A stretch of DNA of 64,000 bases from Octopus sinensis (GCF_006345805.1 NC_043006.1:71114001-71178000), one strand, 5' to 3'; positions 26,148-37,926 are shown, counted from the first letter of the stretch. Translations and numbers: made by a program. The notes: generated from the sequence alone by a model not told the origin.

Positions 26148-27530
26148 ATATATAAAACTGAAATGCGTTTTTACCGCTTGGTTCGCTTTCAATGCCACTA
26201 CATCCCGTCCGATTCGCTCCAAAATTTACACGGACATGTAGAATGAGGTGACGATGCGCGTGGGCTACCTTAGAAATCCCTAGCTTAAAAGGTGTGGTTG
26301 CTAGGGGCCATCTTCCTACCTCACCCTATTTCCTCCAGTACTCTGTCACTCCTCTTCATTTGACAATGCAACTACCGTTATTTAATGTAAAGTCTTCCTC
26401 AAATCACTCTGTAGCTATTTACTCTCTTCCAAGAACATTTTCACTCACTCTATCTCTTACCTTCCTATACATTTTACTCATGTATCTCTCAGCGTTCATG
26501 GACAGTAACAAATATTACTCGCCATCCCCATCGCCATCGCATTCTATTGTCTACCTGTCACACACACACACACACAACACATATATACATATATCTAATA
26601 TATTTTTTATTTTTTATGTTTTTGTTTTTGGTTTTTTACTGTTTCATTTCCCTATTAGTGGTTTTATCTATAATTTTATTTCTACAGCGTGCACACCACA
26701 CACACACCTATATGTAGCCCCAGTACACACCCGAATGAAATCGGGTTCTCTTCATCAAAATGTGAAAAGGGGTCACAATTATCATCGCCACAACTTATGT
26801 ATGTCTTCCTCACTCACTCTTTTTCCTCATGATAATTATCATCGCCACCACCAACACCCCACCACACAATCTGGACAATCTTCTCTTATAACAAATCATG
26901 TTTACATTGCAACGACGTCTGCCACCTCCGCCGTCTCTATTCATTCTGCAAATGACCAGAACTCGGGAAACTTGGTTTAGTGTTCTATGGTCTATGACCA
27001 GAACTCGGGAAACTTGGTTGAGTGTTCTATGGTCTATGACCAGAACTCGGAAACTTGCTTGACTGTTCTATGGTCTATGACCAGAAATCGGGAAACTTGG
27101 TTGAGTGTTCTATGGTCTATGATCAGAACTTGGGAAACTTGGTTGAGTCCTCATCTTATAAAATGTGGCCCCAGTAGACCCAAATGAAATCGGGTTATAT
27201 TAACCAAAGGTGAAAAGGGGTATAAATGGGGCTGGAAGGGGATTAAATTTTAAAGGAGCGGGTGTTTAGCCAATTCTCTGTTACATCAAGCTAAAAAATT
27301 TGCTCCAGCCTTTTAATCGTCAATGTGTTGCCGTCCATGATGAAGAAGTTTTGAATGCTTGCCATCGTGAGTCTACTGTCGTGAGAAAGAATTAAGGTCA
27401 GAACTTGGTTTTTAGGGATTTTCTTTTACATCAAGTTCAAAATTTTACGCCAGCCGTTGAACTGTCAATACGTTGCTGTCCGTCGTTAAGAATGCCAGCC
27501 ATGGTGACTCTACTATCCTCAAATTCTATC
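26143..27530 (+). mobile_element. Probable non-autonomous Helitron carrying minisatellites
   Basis: 5' TCtctatatataaaactgaaat resembles the other Helitron 5' ends here; contains repeated blocks. 3' CTAG end not located. Confidence 0.35.
26952..27147 (+). repeat. 42-bp minisatellite, ~4.7 copies
   Basis: Unit atgaccagaactcgggaaacttggttgagtgttctatggtct. Confidence 0.95.
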
Positions 27531-27834
27531 CCTTCAAACTTTGGTTTCCAATATTTTATTATTTTTATTCAGCTCGCAAGTTCGTCTGTCCCTTTTAAAT
27601 GTTAGTGTTTTGCTGTCTCTCTTGAAGCAGACCTTTCCTTGTAACTGCCTGATATTTATGATTGATCTTTCTAAATATTTTATTTCTCACCTTACTCAAG
27701 ATCTTTTGTTGTTTATAAATGGGAGAGAGATACATAAAGATAGAGAGTAAGAGAAAGCGAGGGAGAGTCCGAGAGAAAGGAAGAGTAAGAGAGTGGGAAA
27801 TGAGAGAGAAGGAGAAAGAAACAAAGAGGGAGAA

Positions 27835-28165
27835 TCATCATCATCATCATCATCATCATCGTTTAACGTCCGTTTTCCGTGCTAGCACGGGTTGGACAGT
27901 TTGACAGGGGTCTGGGAAGCCAGGAGGCTGCACCAGGCTCCAGTCTGATCTGGCAGTGTTTCGACAGGTGGATGCCCTTCCTAACGCCAACCACTCTGTG
28001 AGCGTAGTGGGTGCTTTTTTCATGCCGCCTGCACAGGTGCCAGGGGGGCTGGCAGCGGCCACGATCGGTTGGTGCTTTTTACGTGCCACCAGCACAGAAG
28101 CCAGTTAAGGCGGCGCTGCAAACCGCCACGTTCGGATGGTGCTTTTTACGTGCTGAAAGGAAGCA
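27835..28165 (-). mobile_element. Retroposon (family E) with (GAT)n tail and internal repeats
   Basis: Minus 3' end ...ggacgttaaacgatgatgatg; contains ggttggcgttaggaagggcatcc; plus-strand ggtgctttttacgtgcc-type repeats. Confidence 0.7.
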
Positions 28166-28262
28166 ACAGAAAGTAACAACCACACTCTTACCCGCGCGTA
28201 GAGCGGGTCACCTTCAGCTAGTATAATATATATTATATATATATAATATATATATATATATA

Positions 28263-28395
28263 TAGTTGAAATTTACAGAAAAACAAAAGACGAAAACAGG
28301 TGTATAAACAACAAGCAGGTGTATTAGTTTGACGATTCTACGTTCTTCAACAGAAAGGAACACGAGGAAATAAACAAAGAGAGAGTAAAAAAACT
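28263..28395 (-). mobile_element. Short Penelope-derived unit, internally deleted
   Basis: Reverse complement of the 14445-14626 unit; retains cctttCTGTTGAagaac; abuts (TA)n. Confidence 0.6.
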
Positions 28396-28424
28396 TTTGG
28401 AGTTAGCGATCAATCATGACATGT

Positions 28425-28582
28425 ATATACGACGGGCTTCTTTCAGTTTCTGTCTACCAAATCCACTCACAAGGCTTTGGTCGGCTGGAGGCTATGGTAG
28501 AAAACACTTGCCCAAGGTGCCACGCAATGGGACTGAACATGAAATCATGTTGTTGGGAAGCAAGCTACTTACCACACAACCG
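28425..28582 (-). mobile_element. SINE family C, 5' half
   Basis: cgacgggcttctttcagtttc...cttgcccaaggtgccacgc. Confidence 0.85.
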
Positions 28583-28600
28583 CCCCTTATTATTATTATT

Positions 28601-29297
28601 GAGTGAGAGAGCAGTTCATGCCATCAAAGTGACGCTGGGGTAAAATATACGAAGCCCAATATACCCATCATGACTACCCGTCTGATAAGGGTACACCAGG
28701 CACATGCATCACAACCATATGTGCGCGACATGGTGATCTCATATCAAGATAAACAGCACATGACCTTGCAGGTGGGGCCAAGTTAGAATTTTCTTCAGGT
28801 TGAGTAGCCCATCCCGCTCAAAGGGTCCCTGAATAAGGGTTGTTTAAGGATGTTGAATGGAACGCCCATGTTTCCAGAGGTGAATTATTCAAACCCCAAA
28901 GAATCCCTCTCAACACAATGGCTATGATGCTCCCCCACTACTTCTGCTCGTGATCAGAGATGCACATATCGTCAGCCACTAAGGGACATGGTCAACTGGT
29001 TAAAGTCAAACAACTGACAAGCAAATCTGTGGTATTGAGCAGAATATTTGCTGTAGCCCATCTTTTATACCAAGACAAAATAATGTAAATGATAACACTT
29101 CCAATCAGTTAAGATCAGAAGCCATGAGAGCCACTGCCTGTACTGTATCAGGGCATTTACTGCATGAGGGCATGGTACTGCATGAGGGCATGGTACTGCA
29201 TGAGGGCATGGTACTGCATGAGGGCATGGTACTGCATCAGGGCATGGTACTGCATCAGGGCATGGTACTGCATCAGGGCATGGTACTGCATCAAGGC
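28601..29297 (-). mobile_element. Non-coding (TAA)n-flanked element F, copy 1, with 18-bp terminal tandem repeats
   Basis: Homologous to 29586-30067 and 32481-33040; (ATT)n on both sides; no TIR and no long ORF. Strand is inferred. Confidence 0.75.
29151..29293 (+). repeat. 18-bp tandem repeat, 8 units
   Basis: gggcatggtactgcat(g/c)a x7 plus one 17-bp variant. Confidence 0.95.
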
Positions 29298-29381
<84 letters not shown>

Positions 29382-29404
29382 ATCTCTACAGTTACTATTC
29401 TTTA

Positions 29405-29560
29405 TAATTCTTTACATTCTGTGTTCAAATCCTGCCTATGTTGACTTTGCTTTTCTTCTTTTCGGTGTTTATAAAATAAGTACCAGTTGAGCACTGGGGT
29501 CAATGTAAGCGACTAACCCCTCCCTCAAAATTTAGACCTTGTGCTTATAGTAGAAAAGAT
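29405..29560 (+). mobile_element. SINE family A fragment
   Basis: tgttcaaatcctgcctatgttgactttgc...taagtaccagttgagcactggggtc. Confidence 0.75.
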
Positions 29561-29585
29561 TATTATTATTATTATTATTATTATT

Positions 29586-30067
29586 GAGTGAGAGAGCAGT
29601 GCATGCCATCAAAGTGACACTGGGGTAAAATATACGAGGCTCAGTATACCTATCATGACAACTCGTCTGATAAGGGTACGCCAGGCACATGTGTGCACGA
29701 CATGGTGATCTCATATCAAGATAAACAGCACATGACCTTGCTGGTAGGGCCCAGTTAGAATTTTCTTCAGGTCGAGTAGCCTGTTCTGCTTAAAAGGTCC
29801 CCGATAAAGGGTTGTTTAAGGATTTTGAACAAAACATCTCTGTTTCCAGAGGGGAATTATCCAAACCCCAAAGAATTCCTCTCAACACATGGCTATGATG
29901 CTCCCCCATTACTGCTCGTGATCAAAGCTGCACATATTGTCAGCCACTAAGGGATGTGTTCAACTGTTTAAGGTCAAACAACTGACACGCAAATCTGTGG
30001 TAGTGAGCAGAATATATGTTGTAGCCCATCTTTTATACCAAGACAATACAATGTACATGATAACACT
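29586..30067 (-). mobile_element. Element F, copy 2 (truncated)
   Basis: Same terminus gagtgagagagcag after (ATT)n; ends in (ATT)n. Confidence 0.75.
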
Positions 30068-30080
30068 ATTATTATTATTA

Positions 30081-30130
<50 letters not shown>

Positions 30131-30164
30131 GTTGTTGTTGTTGTGTTGTTGTTGTTGTTGTTGT

Positions 30165-30470
30165 TTTAACTTCTCAGAGCGCTCGGTCTTGTTTGCTCTA
30201 GTCGATTCTGTGGGAGCGGACACAGTAGCCTGTAGTCAGAGGTCTCACAGAGTCTCTTTCTACACATTGTAAGCTTTGATAAAATTGGGTGCCATTTAAC
30301 GTGGAAGACATTCAACACCCAAATACTAATCTCAAAATCCTAGCTTTCCCCAGCAGAGCAGGTTTTGGGATTTGCTCTGCTCTCATGTCAATTCCGATTT
30401 CTCTAACATATTTCTTGAACTTGGTTGTTAGTACTCCGAGTGCCCCTACAACTATTGCGATGACAGACTA
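30165..30470 (-). mobile_element. Dong/R4-like 3' fragment
   Basis: IAIVVGALGVLTTKFKKYVREIGID...ALLGKARILRLVFGC-stop, followed by UTR and (AAC)n/(AAT)n. Confidence 0.75.
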
Positions 30471-30504
30471 TTGCGATGACATATTGAAGACGTTGGACGG
30501 GTAG

Positions 30505-30762
30505 AATCGTGAGTACGCCGGACACAATACTTAGCAGCCTTTCCTCCGGCTTTACATTCTGTGTTGACTTTGCCTTTCATCATTTCGGGGTCGATGAAAT
30601 AAGTATCATTTGAGCACTTTCGGAGTTCAAATTCCGCCGAGGTCGACTTTGCCTTTTCTCCTTTCGGTGTCGATAAATGAATTAGCAGTTGAGTACTGAG
30701 GTCGATGTAATAGATTTACCCTTCCTCCTAAAATTTTAGGCCTTGTGCTTTTAGCAGAAAGG

Positions 30763-30770
<8 letters not shown>
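30505..30770 (+). mobile_element. SINE family A with internal duplication
   Basis: Two gactttgcctttc blocks. Confidence 0.75.
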
Positions 30771-30825
<55 letters not shown>

Positions 30826-31449
30826 GGATAGGCAAAATCATGGGAAAAATGCCTTGGGTATTTTTTCCAGCTTCAGATCCTACAGATGTTTACTTTACCT
30901 TTAATCTATTTGGGGTTGATAAAATATAGTACCAGTCAAATTCTAGGGTAGATAGTATCGAAGTACTCCTAGATCCTCTGACTCAAGTTGAGTTACAAGA
31001 GGCGATCAACATCCTGGACTGCCTGGGATTTAACGTTCTCTAAAACATCAGACATAATTCGAACCTGCTGCTAAATGGCAACAAGAAAGATAAAAGGAAT
31101 ACAGGATTGATTGAGGGATCGAATTTAGAGAGGATTTAAATTATAGACTACAGGTAAAATTCATCACTTTGGTGCATAAAAAGCTGAAATTGGGTTGACA
31201 TATGATGTGGGAATTCGTCCCATCTTGGCGAGCACCAATGATATTCACTTGCAAATTCAAAAGTACCAGATAGCGGTACACGGAGTTGTAGATTGTTGAA
31301 GTCGAAGGGTGGCTCGACCCTACTCAGGTAGCGGTTTCTCACCCACTTCGTCGACAGGCTGTTTTTATTTGATTTGTGTAAAAAAAAGACGTTTAGTCGG
31401 TCTTAATATATTGAATTACGTTTTGCCCATCCTTCCACTTTATACTCTC

Positions 31450-31825
31450 TTTTGTTTCAGTCATGTGACTGTGGCCATGCTGGAGCACTGCCTTTAGCAA
31501 ATCGACCCCAGGACTTATTCTTTGTAAGCCTAGTACTTATTCTATCGGTCTCTTTTGCAGAACCGCTAAGTTACAGGGACGTAAACACACCAGCATCGGT
31601 TGTCAAACGATGTTGGGAGGACAAACACAGACACACAAACACATACACACATACATATTTTTGTATATATACGACGGGCTTCTTTCAGTTTCCGTCTTCC
31701 AAATCCACTCACAAGGCTTTGGTCAGCCCGATGCTATAGTTGAAGACACTTGCCCAAGGTGCCACGCAGTGGGACTGAACCCGGAGCCATGTGGTTCGTA
31801 AGCAAGCTACTTACCACACAGCCAT
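31450..31825 (-). mobile_element. SINE family C, full length
   Basis: Complete head-to-tail match to the other C copies. Confidence 0.9.
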
Positions 31826-31829
31826 CCTG

Positions 31830-32050
31830 AAGAAGATGTAGAGGTATGAACTAGTAGCATGGGAGATAAATCACTTGTGGACAATGGAAAAGGTAGAGGT
31901 GGTCTCAAAGTTGTAGTCGGGACGGTTGGTACTCTCAGCACCAGAATTAAAAGCATTTTTTTAAAAAATCGGGCACAGGAATAGAGTGTGGCACTTACAG
32001 AATACAACATTCCTAGGGAGTGCTATCAACTGGTCGTAGATAGCAGGCAC
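31830..32050 (+). mobile_element. Decayed Dong/R4-like 3' fragment
   Basis: LWTMEKVEVV...VVGTVGTLSTRIKSIF..., followed by (GAT)n(AAT)n. Confidence 0.55.
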
Positions 32051-32096
32051 CCGTATGATGACGATGATGACAATGATGATGATGATAATAATAATG

Positions 32097-32141
<45 letters not shown>

Positions 32142-32169
32142 TTAATAATGATAATAATAATAATAATGA

Positions 32170-32315
32170 TAATAATGATGGTGGTTTCAAATTTTGGTAC
32201 AAGGCCAGCAAGTCCGGCGGGGAGGGAGAGGAGATAAGTTGATTACATTGACCCCAGTGCTCAACTGGTACAAAGGATGAAAGACAATGTCGGCCTCGGC
32301 AGAATTTGAATTCAG
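32170..32315 (-). mobile_element. SINE family A fragment
   Basis: ggtttcaaattttggtacaaggcc...cggcctcggcagaatttgaattcag. Confidence 0.75.
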
Positions 32316-32316
32316 G

Positions 32317-32392
<76 letters not shown>

Positions 32393-32480
32393 TGATAATG
32401 ATGATGATGATAATAATAATCATAATAATGATATTATCAACAATAATAGTAACAACAAAAATGATAATAAAAATAATTAT

Positions 32481-33040
32481 AAATGCCTTAATGCAGTACC
32501 AGGCTGTGGCTCTCATGGCTTCTGATCTTAACTAATTGGAAGTGTTATCATGTACATTGTTTTGTTTTGGTATAAAAGATGGGCTACAGCAAATATTCTG
32601 CTCAATACCATAGATTTGCTTGTCAGTTGTTTGACCTTAACCAGTTGACCATGTCCCTTAGTGGCTGACGATATGTGCATCTCTGATCTTGAGCAGAAGT
32701 AGTGGAAGAACATCATAGCCATGTGTTGAGAGGGATTTTTTGGGGTTTGAATAATTCATCCCTGGAAACATGGATGTTTCGTTCAACATCCTTAAGCAAC
32801 CCTTATTCAGGGACCTTTTGAGCGGGATGGGTTACTCGACTAGAAGAAAATTCTAGCTAGGCCTCACCTGCAAGGTCATGTGCTGTTTATCTTGATATGA
32901 GATCGCCATGTCGCGCACATATGGTTGTGATGCATGTGCCTAGTGTATTCTTCTCAGACGTGTAGTCATGATGGGTATACTGGGCTTTGTACATTTTACC
33001 CCAGTGTCACTTTTATCGCATGCACTGCTCTCTTACACTC
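32481..33040 (+). mobile_element. Element F, copy 3
   Basis: Reverse complement of copy 1 with a single terminal 18-bp unit; (AAT)n on both sides. Confidence 0.75.
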
Positions 33041-33093
<53 letters not shown>

Positions 33094-33560
33094 ATGAGCA
33101 TACTTTGTGATCATAATATCTCGGTCAAAGAATTTGATAAGCTCAGAAAATATATAAAGATTTGCTGATGGAAATCGAAAAAAGTGTGGCATCTGAAGAC
33201 GCTTACAATACCAGTGATTGTAGGAACACTTGGAATGATCAAAAAGGAACTGAAATTATTTTAGAATGATCCCTGCTTACCATCGATGCAGGAAGTGCAA
33301 AAAATTGTCTTAACCGGTACATCACACGTATTGAGGAGAGCATTGTCGCTGTGAATTTTCTTACCCTTTCCCCCCTTATTTTCTTTGTTTACTTTTTCGT
33401 TTTTTCTTTTTTACCTTCTTTCCTTTTCTTTTTTTCCACATGAGTTTGTAAATGAACAGTCTGGTGTTTTTTTTTATTGGCCTACCAACGTATACAGTGT
33501 ATTCCTTTGCCCTGGGTGTTGGGAAGACACTCAGCAAGAAATGGAAACAAAATTATTAAT
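33094..33560 (+). mobile_element. 5'-truncated Dong/R4-like LINE in (AAT)n
   Basis: MSILCDHNISVKEFDKLRKY..DLLMEIEKVWHLKTLTIPVIVGTLGMI...QEVQKIVLTGTSHVLRRALSL-stop (frameshifted), then UTR and (AAT)n. Confidence 0.85.
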
Positions 33561-33584
33561 AATAACAATAACAATATAATAATA

Positions 33585-33631
<47 letters not shown>

Positions 33632-33699
33632 TTCCTTTTTATGAGCTACAAGATTTAAGGTAGACTCCCGTAGTTCAAGCCGCTACTTCTCCGCATCGA

Positions 33700-33960
33700 G
33701 AGGTCACAGTTCCAGTACTACGAACATGTGATTGGAATATTGCAGGAAAGAATCAAGAGACAGATCCTTCAAGCTAAGTCAACTTGCAGGAGACCTAAGG
33801 GCAGACCCAGAATGAGAAGGTTAGATAATAGCCATTGTCTCAGTTGGTTACTATTGGAAATCCAGCCATAAAGTGTAACGAGGGTTGCTTCTGATATGAC
33901 CGTATCGAGGAGGTGCCTGAGGATTTTAGCCTCACGACACTCCCAGCAATAATGGGCAGA
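33700..33960 (+). mobile_element. RTE-clade LINE 3' fragment
   Basis: QFQYYEHVIGILQERIKRQILQAKSTCRRPKGRPRMRRLDN resembles the RTE C-terminal GH...GRP..RW.D motif. Confidence 0.65.
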
Positions 33961-34528
33961 AAAATGGATTATTATTGTTGGTGTTGTTGTTGCTGTTGTT
34001 GTTCTAGTTCTTTTGCTGACACACGTTTTCTCAGAATTTCACACCGAAGATGTTTTTTGTTTTCGTTTTGTTTTTGATTTTTCTACGATCAGTTTATGAA
34101 AGAAAAGTATATGGAATATTTGAACGTCCATCCCATTTTTCTGCGATAGAAAAGAAGGTTCGTTCTTAGTTTTTGCAAAACTATATGTGTATAGTTTTGT
34201 AAGCGTCCATTTTAGCTTATTTATTAGTAATTCATTATGAACGCCTCAGGTGTAGCGGCAGTAGACGCTAAGCAGAAAGACAGCGAATACCCCCACAAAT
34301 GTTTTGAAAACACAAAAATAGGCTTAAGAAAAAACAAAAAACAAAAACACAAGACAGAAAAAATGACAAACAGTTTTTTACACACAGCAAACTAAACTAC
34401 ATTAACAACGGCACCGACAAGAACTAGAACAATAATTATTCATCCTTTGTTAGTATTGCAAAAAGAAAAAAGATAAATTCTAAACGCCTGTCAACTTCTA
34501 GGAAAGAAGGAAGCATGGTAGGGGTGTG

Positions 34529-34683
34529 TTACAAACGGTAGTATGTCCTTGCTCCAACTTTTGTACTCTTAATGTAACTCTCGAGTAGAATGAGCAGGAC
34601 ACAATGTGCAACATGGCTGAACCCTTTGAAGTACAAGTACAGTTTATCTGACAATTCATTCTGCACAGTTTCCATCAATTGGC
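34529..34683 (-). CDS. Weak candidate alternative terminal exon
   Basis: Pyrimidine tract plus gactcAG; phase 1 reads (G)QLMETVQNELSDKLYLYFKGFSH...RTYYRL-stop in unique sequence. Confidence 0.2.
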
Positions 34684-34900
34684 CTGAGTCGATCAAAGGC
34701 AACGGCGAAAACAAACAAACAAACAAAAAAGAACACCTGTCCATGTGGCATGCAAACAGGGGACCTTATGATTGCTGTGTAAAAATACTTGACCAAGGCC
34801 ATTCTCTTAATGTAAGATTTCTTAAGTTATCGTTTGGCTTCGTTTTTTTCTCGTCTTCATTGGACTTGTAACAAATAAACACTACCATCACCACGACCCG

Positions 34901-34944
<44 letters not shown>

Positions 34945-35019
34945 AGACCACGACCACGACCAACATCACTACTACTACAACGACGACGATCATCATTATT
35001 ATTATTGTTTTCTGCCGGA

Positions 35020-35157
35020 GTTGACTTTGCTTTTCATACTGTCAAGGTACCAGTTGAGCATTGGGGTCGATGTAACCGACTTAACATGGCCTAGTGCCAA
35101 AATTTGAAGCCATTATTGTTATTGTTGTTGTTGTTGTTGTTATTATTATTATTATTA

Positions 35158-35207
<50 letters not shown>

Positions 35208-35334
35208 CGCCGAGATCGACTTTGCCTTTCATATTTTCGAGGTCGATAAAATAAGTACCAGTTGAGTACTCGGGTAGATGCAATCGACTATCTCCCGCCC
35301 CTAAATTTCACGCTTTGTGCCTTTAGTAGAATCG

Positions 35335-35376
<42 letters not shown>

Positions 35377-35568
35377 TTATTATTATTATTATTATTACAC
35401 CGTACAAAATGCTTAGCAGCATTTCGTCCGTCTTTACATTCTGAGTTCAAATTCAGTCGATGCTAACTTTGCTTTTCAGCCTTTCGGGATCGTTCAAATA
35501 AGTACCAGTGAAACACTGGGGTCGATGTAATTGACTTAGCTCTCCGCCTAAATTGCTGGCCTTGTGCA
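35020..35568 (+). mobile_element. Three SINE family A fragments separated by (ATT)n
   Basis: 35020-35110, 35205-35335 and 35395-35568. Confidence 0.8.
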
Positions 35569-35572
35569 AAAG

Positions 35573-36225
35573 TTTTTTTTCTATTTTTTTACAGGTGCAC
35601 GCTCAGAATTGGTTCTTTCACACTGGCCATTCTTCCAACATTCACACACCTTTCAACAAACTTGGTAGAAGGTAACACTTCCCTCTCCCCACTCAGCTTC
35701 CTTTTCAAGTCAAACTTGAAAAAGTTGATGAGGGCTTGGCCAAAGAGGGAAGTGCCTGTCTGTAGCCCTTTCAAACGGGGTCCACCGTACTACCACTTTT
35801 GCTACAGCCACTAGACAAATAAAAATTGCCTGCCCCTCCCGGCCAAAAGAGGGCGGCGGGGCAATCTTCACAATGGATTCAGTTGATAGCCGGATGCATC
35901 CCACACGCGACAGTAGGTGTTTGACATAAGCCCACAGGTCAGCAATATTCAGGCACTGGACTAGAGCGTACAGAGTGTGCACCTGTGAAAAAAAAATGGA
36001 GAAGGTCCCTTCCCCGTTGTTCAGGCACCCGTGGCTTTTTGTACGTTTTTCACGAGGTCCTTAAAGCGCCTCCCCTATTGGGAGTTTCAATTAGCTTAAT
36101 TTCTAATTGTTTATATTGTTTACACGTTGTAAAACCCATTGTATCGTCCTGTCTTTATCTTTTATGCTGTTGTATGTCTCTTAATGTCATTTTGTGAGCC
36201 TTTGTGGCTAATAAAAGAATAAATT
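35573..36225. mobile_element. Tx1/L1-like LINE 3' end with 5' inversion
   Basis: Minus 35589-35982 encodes the ORF2 C-terminus (HTLYALVQC...KFVERCVNVGRMASVKEPILSVHL-stop). Plus 35974-36225 restarts at agtgtgcacctgTGA and runs through a 3' UTR with AATAAA into (ATT)n. Confidence 0.75.
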
Positions 36226-36240
36226 ATTATTATTATTATT

Positions 36241-36378
36241 CAGTAGTCTTATTTTTATCATGTGCTTTCACTGCACTACAGAGCGCAGCTCTGTGTGCCT
36301 TGGGTATGTGCTGTGGTTTGCTGTGATGCTCTTATGGTTACTGTATTGAAAGTGTTTTGCGTAGGATATGTGCTGTTC
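36241..36378 (-). mobile_element. Extremely 5'-truncated Dong/R4-like copy
   Basis: GTAHILRKTLSIQ-stop plus UTR, with (AAT)n on both sides. Confidence 0.75.
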
Positions 36379-36384
36379 CTGTAT

Positions 36385-36401
36385 GTTATATATTATTATT
36401 A

Positions 36402-36456
<55 letters not shown>

Positions 36457-36459
36457 ATA

Positions 36460-36497
<38 letters not shown>

Positions 36498-36532
36498 CAT
36501 CATTATTATCATTATTATCATTACTATTATTA

Positions 36533-36576
<44 letters not shown>

Positions 36577-37075
36577 TATTATTATTATTTATTGTTATTG
36601 GTGGTAGTAGTAGTAGTAGTATTTCCAATCATCCCTTGTAGTCTGCAACTCTATCTTCTCCACCCCTATCTCATATGTCATTCTACAGTTGTAGTGATCA
36701 CCAATCGCTTCTCCACCCCGTCTCACCACCACCACCACCACCACTCGCTACTTCCATTATGCCATTATATATACACTTAATACTCTTCAGATAAGGCTTC
36801 TGATGAAGTACACTTTCTCACATCTTAACCATCACCACTACAGCTACTACTACCACCACCACCAACACAGAAACCTCCTACACCCACACAACCACAATCA
36901 TCTCTACTACAATTACCGTAGCTACCAGAGGTACCATCACAACTACCACAAATCTCATCGCTAGTAAAAAAAACCCACCCCGCCGCCGCCATCGCCCCAC
37001 CCCCCACCACCACATCGACAACCACCACCATTATTGTTATCACCACTGTAACCACCACCACTATTACAACAACGT

Positions 37076-37115
<40 letters not shown>

Positions 37116-37235
37116 CACTTCTACCATGACGCTTACCACTACAACTACTACCACCACAATCACCACTGCCGCCGCCGCCGCCGCCACCGCCACCACCACG
37201 TCTGCCACCACCATCACCCAGCCATCACCATCACC
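36385..37235. repeat. (ATT)n and (ACC/ACT)n compound arrays
   Basis: Directly visible. Confidence 0.9.
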
Positions 37236-37399
37236 TCGAGTTCCACCATTACTATAGGAAACACCAATTTTACTACAAACAAAAATAATATAAATGAAAA
37301 TCACCCGGATTTACGAGGAGCACGGTTGATTATAGCAAACTTCAATCTTCAACGGTCCTCGTTATATGAAAAAAAACCATGTCCTGACATCCCACAACA

Positions 37400-37790
37400 C
37401 TACCACAATACTATTCTAACAACACTGTGTCTCCCACCTAATCCAGACACATCTTCGACACACCACAACACTACTATGACACCAACATAAGAACTCTGTC
37501 TCTCCCACTCAATCCAAACACATCTACAACACTCCACAACTTTAACCTAAGAACTCTGTCTCTTCCACTCAATCCAGATACATCTACGACACCTCACAAC
37601 ACAAACATCTACAACGCCTCACAACACAAGCATCCACAACATCTCACAACACAAATGCATCGATAACATCCCCAAGGCACTACTACAAGGCCATCCTAAG
37701 AACTCTGCCGTTGTTACTCAATCCTGACACAGCAACACCCTTGCAACACTACTATAACGCTATCCTAACAATACTATCTCTCCTACTCAT
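37400..37790 (+). repeat. Degenerate ~55-60 bp minisatellite
   Basis: Recurrent cctaagaactctgtctctcccactcaatccagacacatctac. Confidence 0.7.
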
Positions 37791-37905
37791 CCCAGACAAA
37801 AGCAAACATATTCACATTGACATAAATGGAACAGAAATAGCTGCATTCTGACGATAAATGTAGAGGGACAGAAACCCTTTGACCCAGTCAACCCTGGCCC
37901 CCCAC

Positions 37906-37926
37906 CTTCATGGCCTTCGCAAGAAT
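37906..37926 (-). CDS. Candidate 21-nt phase-1 microexon
   Basis: Acceptor ttctatttttgtatgtctgtAG and donor AAG|GTGGGG; encodes (D)SCEGHE(G). Confidence 0.25.

Noticed and set aside
26952-27147. CRISPR-like periodicity (also 29151-29293)
   Set aside because: Contiguous tandem units with no unique spacers, in a eukaryotic context with no cas genes.
30960-31350. Non-repetitive, moderately GC-rich stretch
   Set aside because: All frames are interrupted and I recognised no motif; probably a decayed TE.
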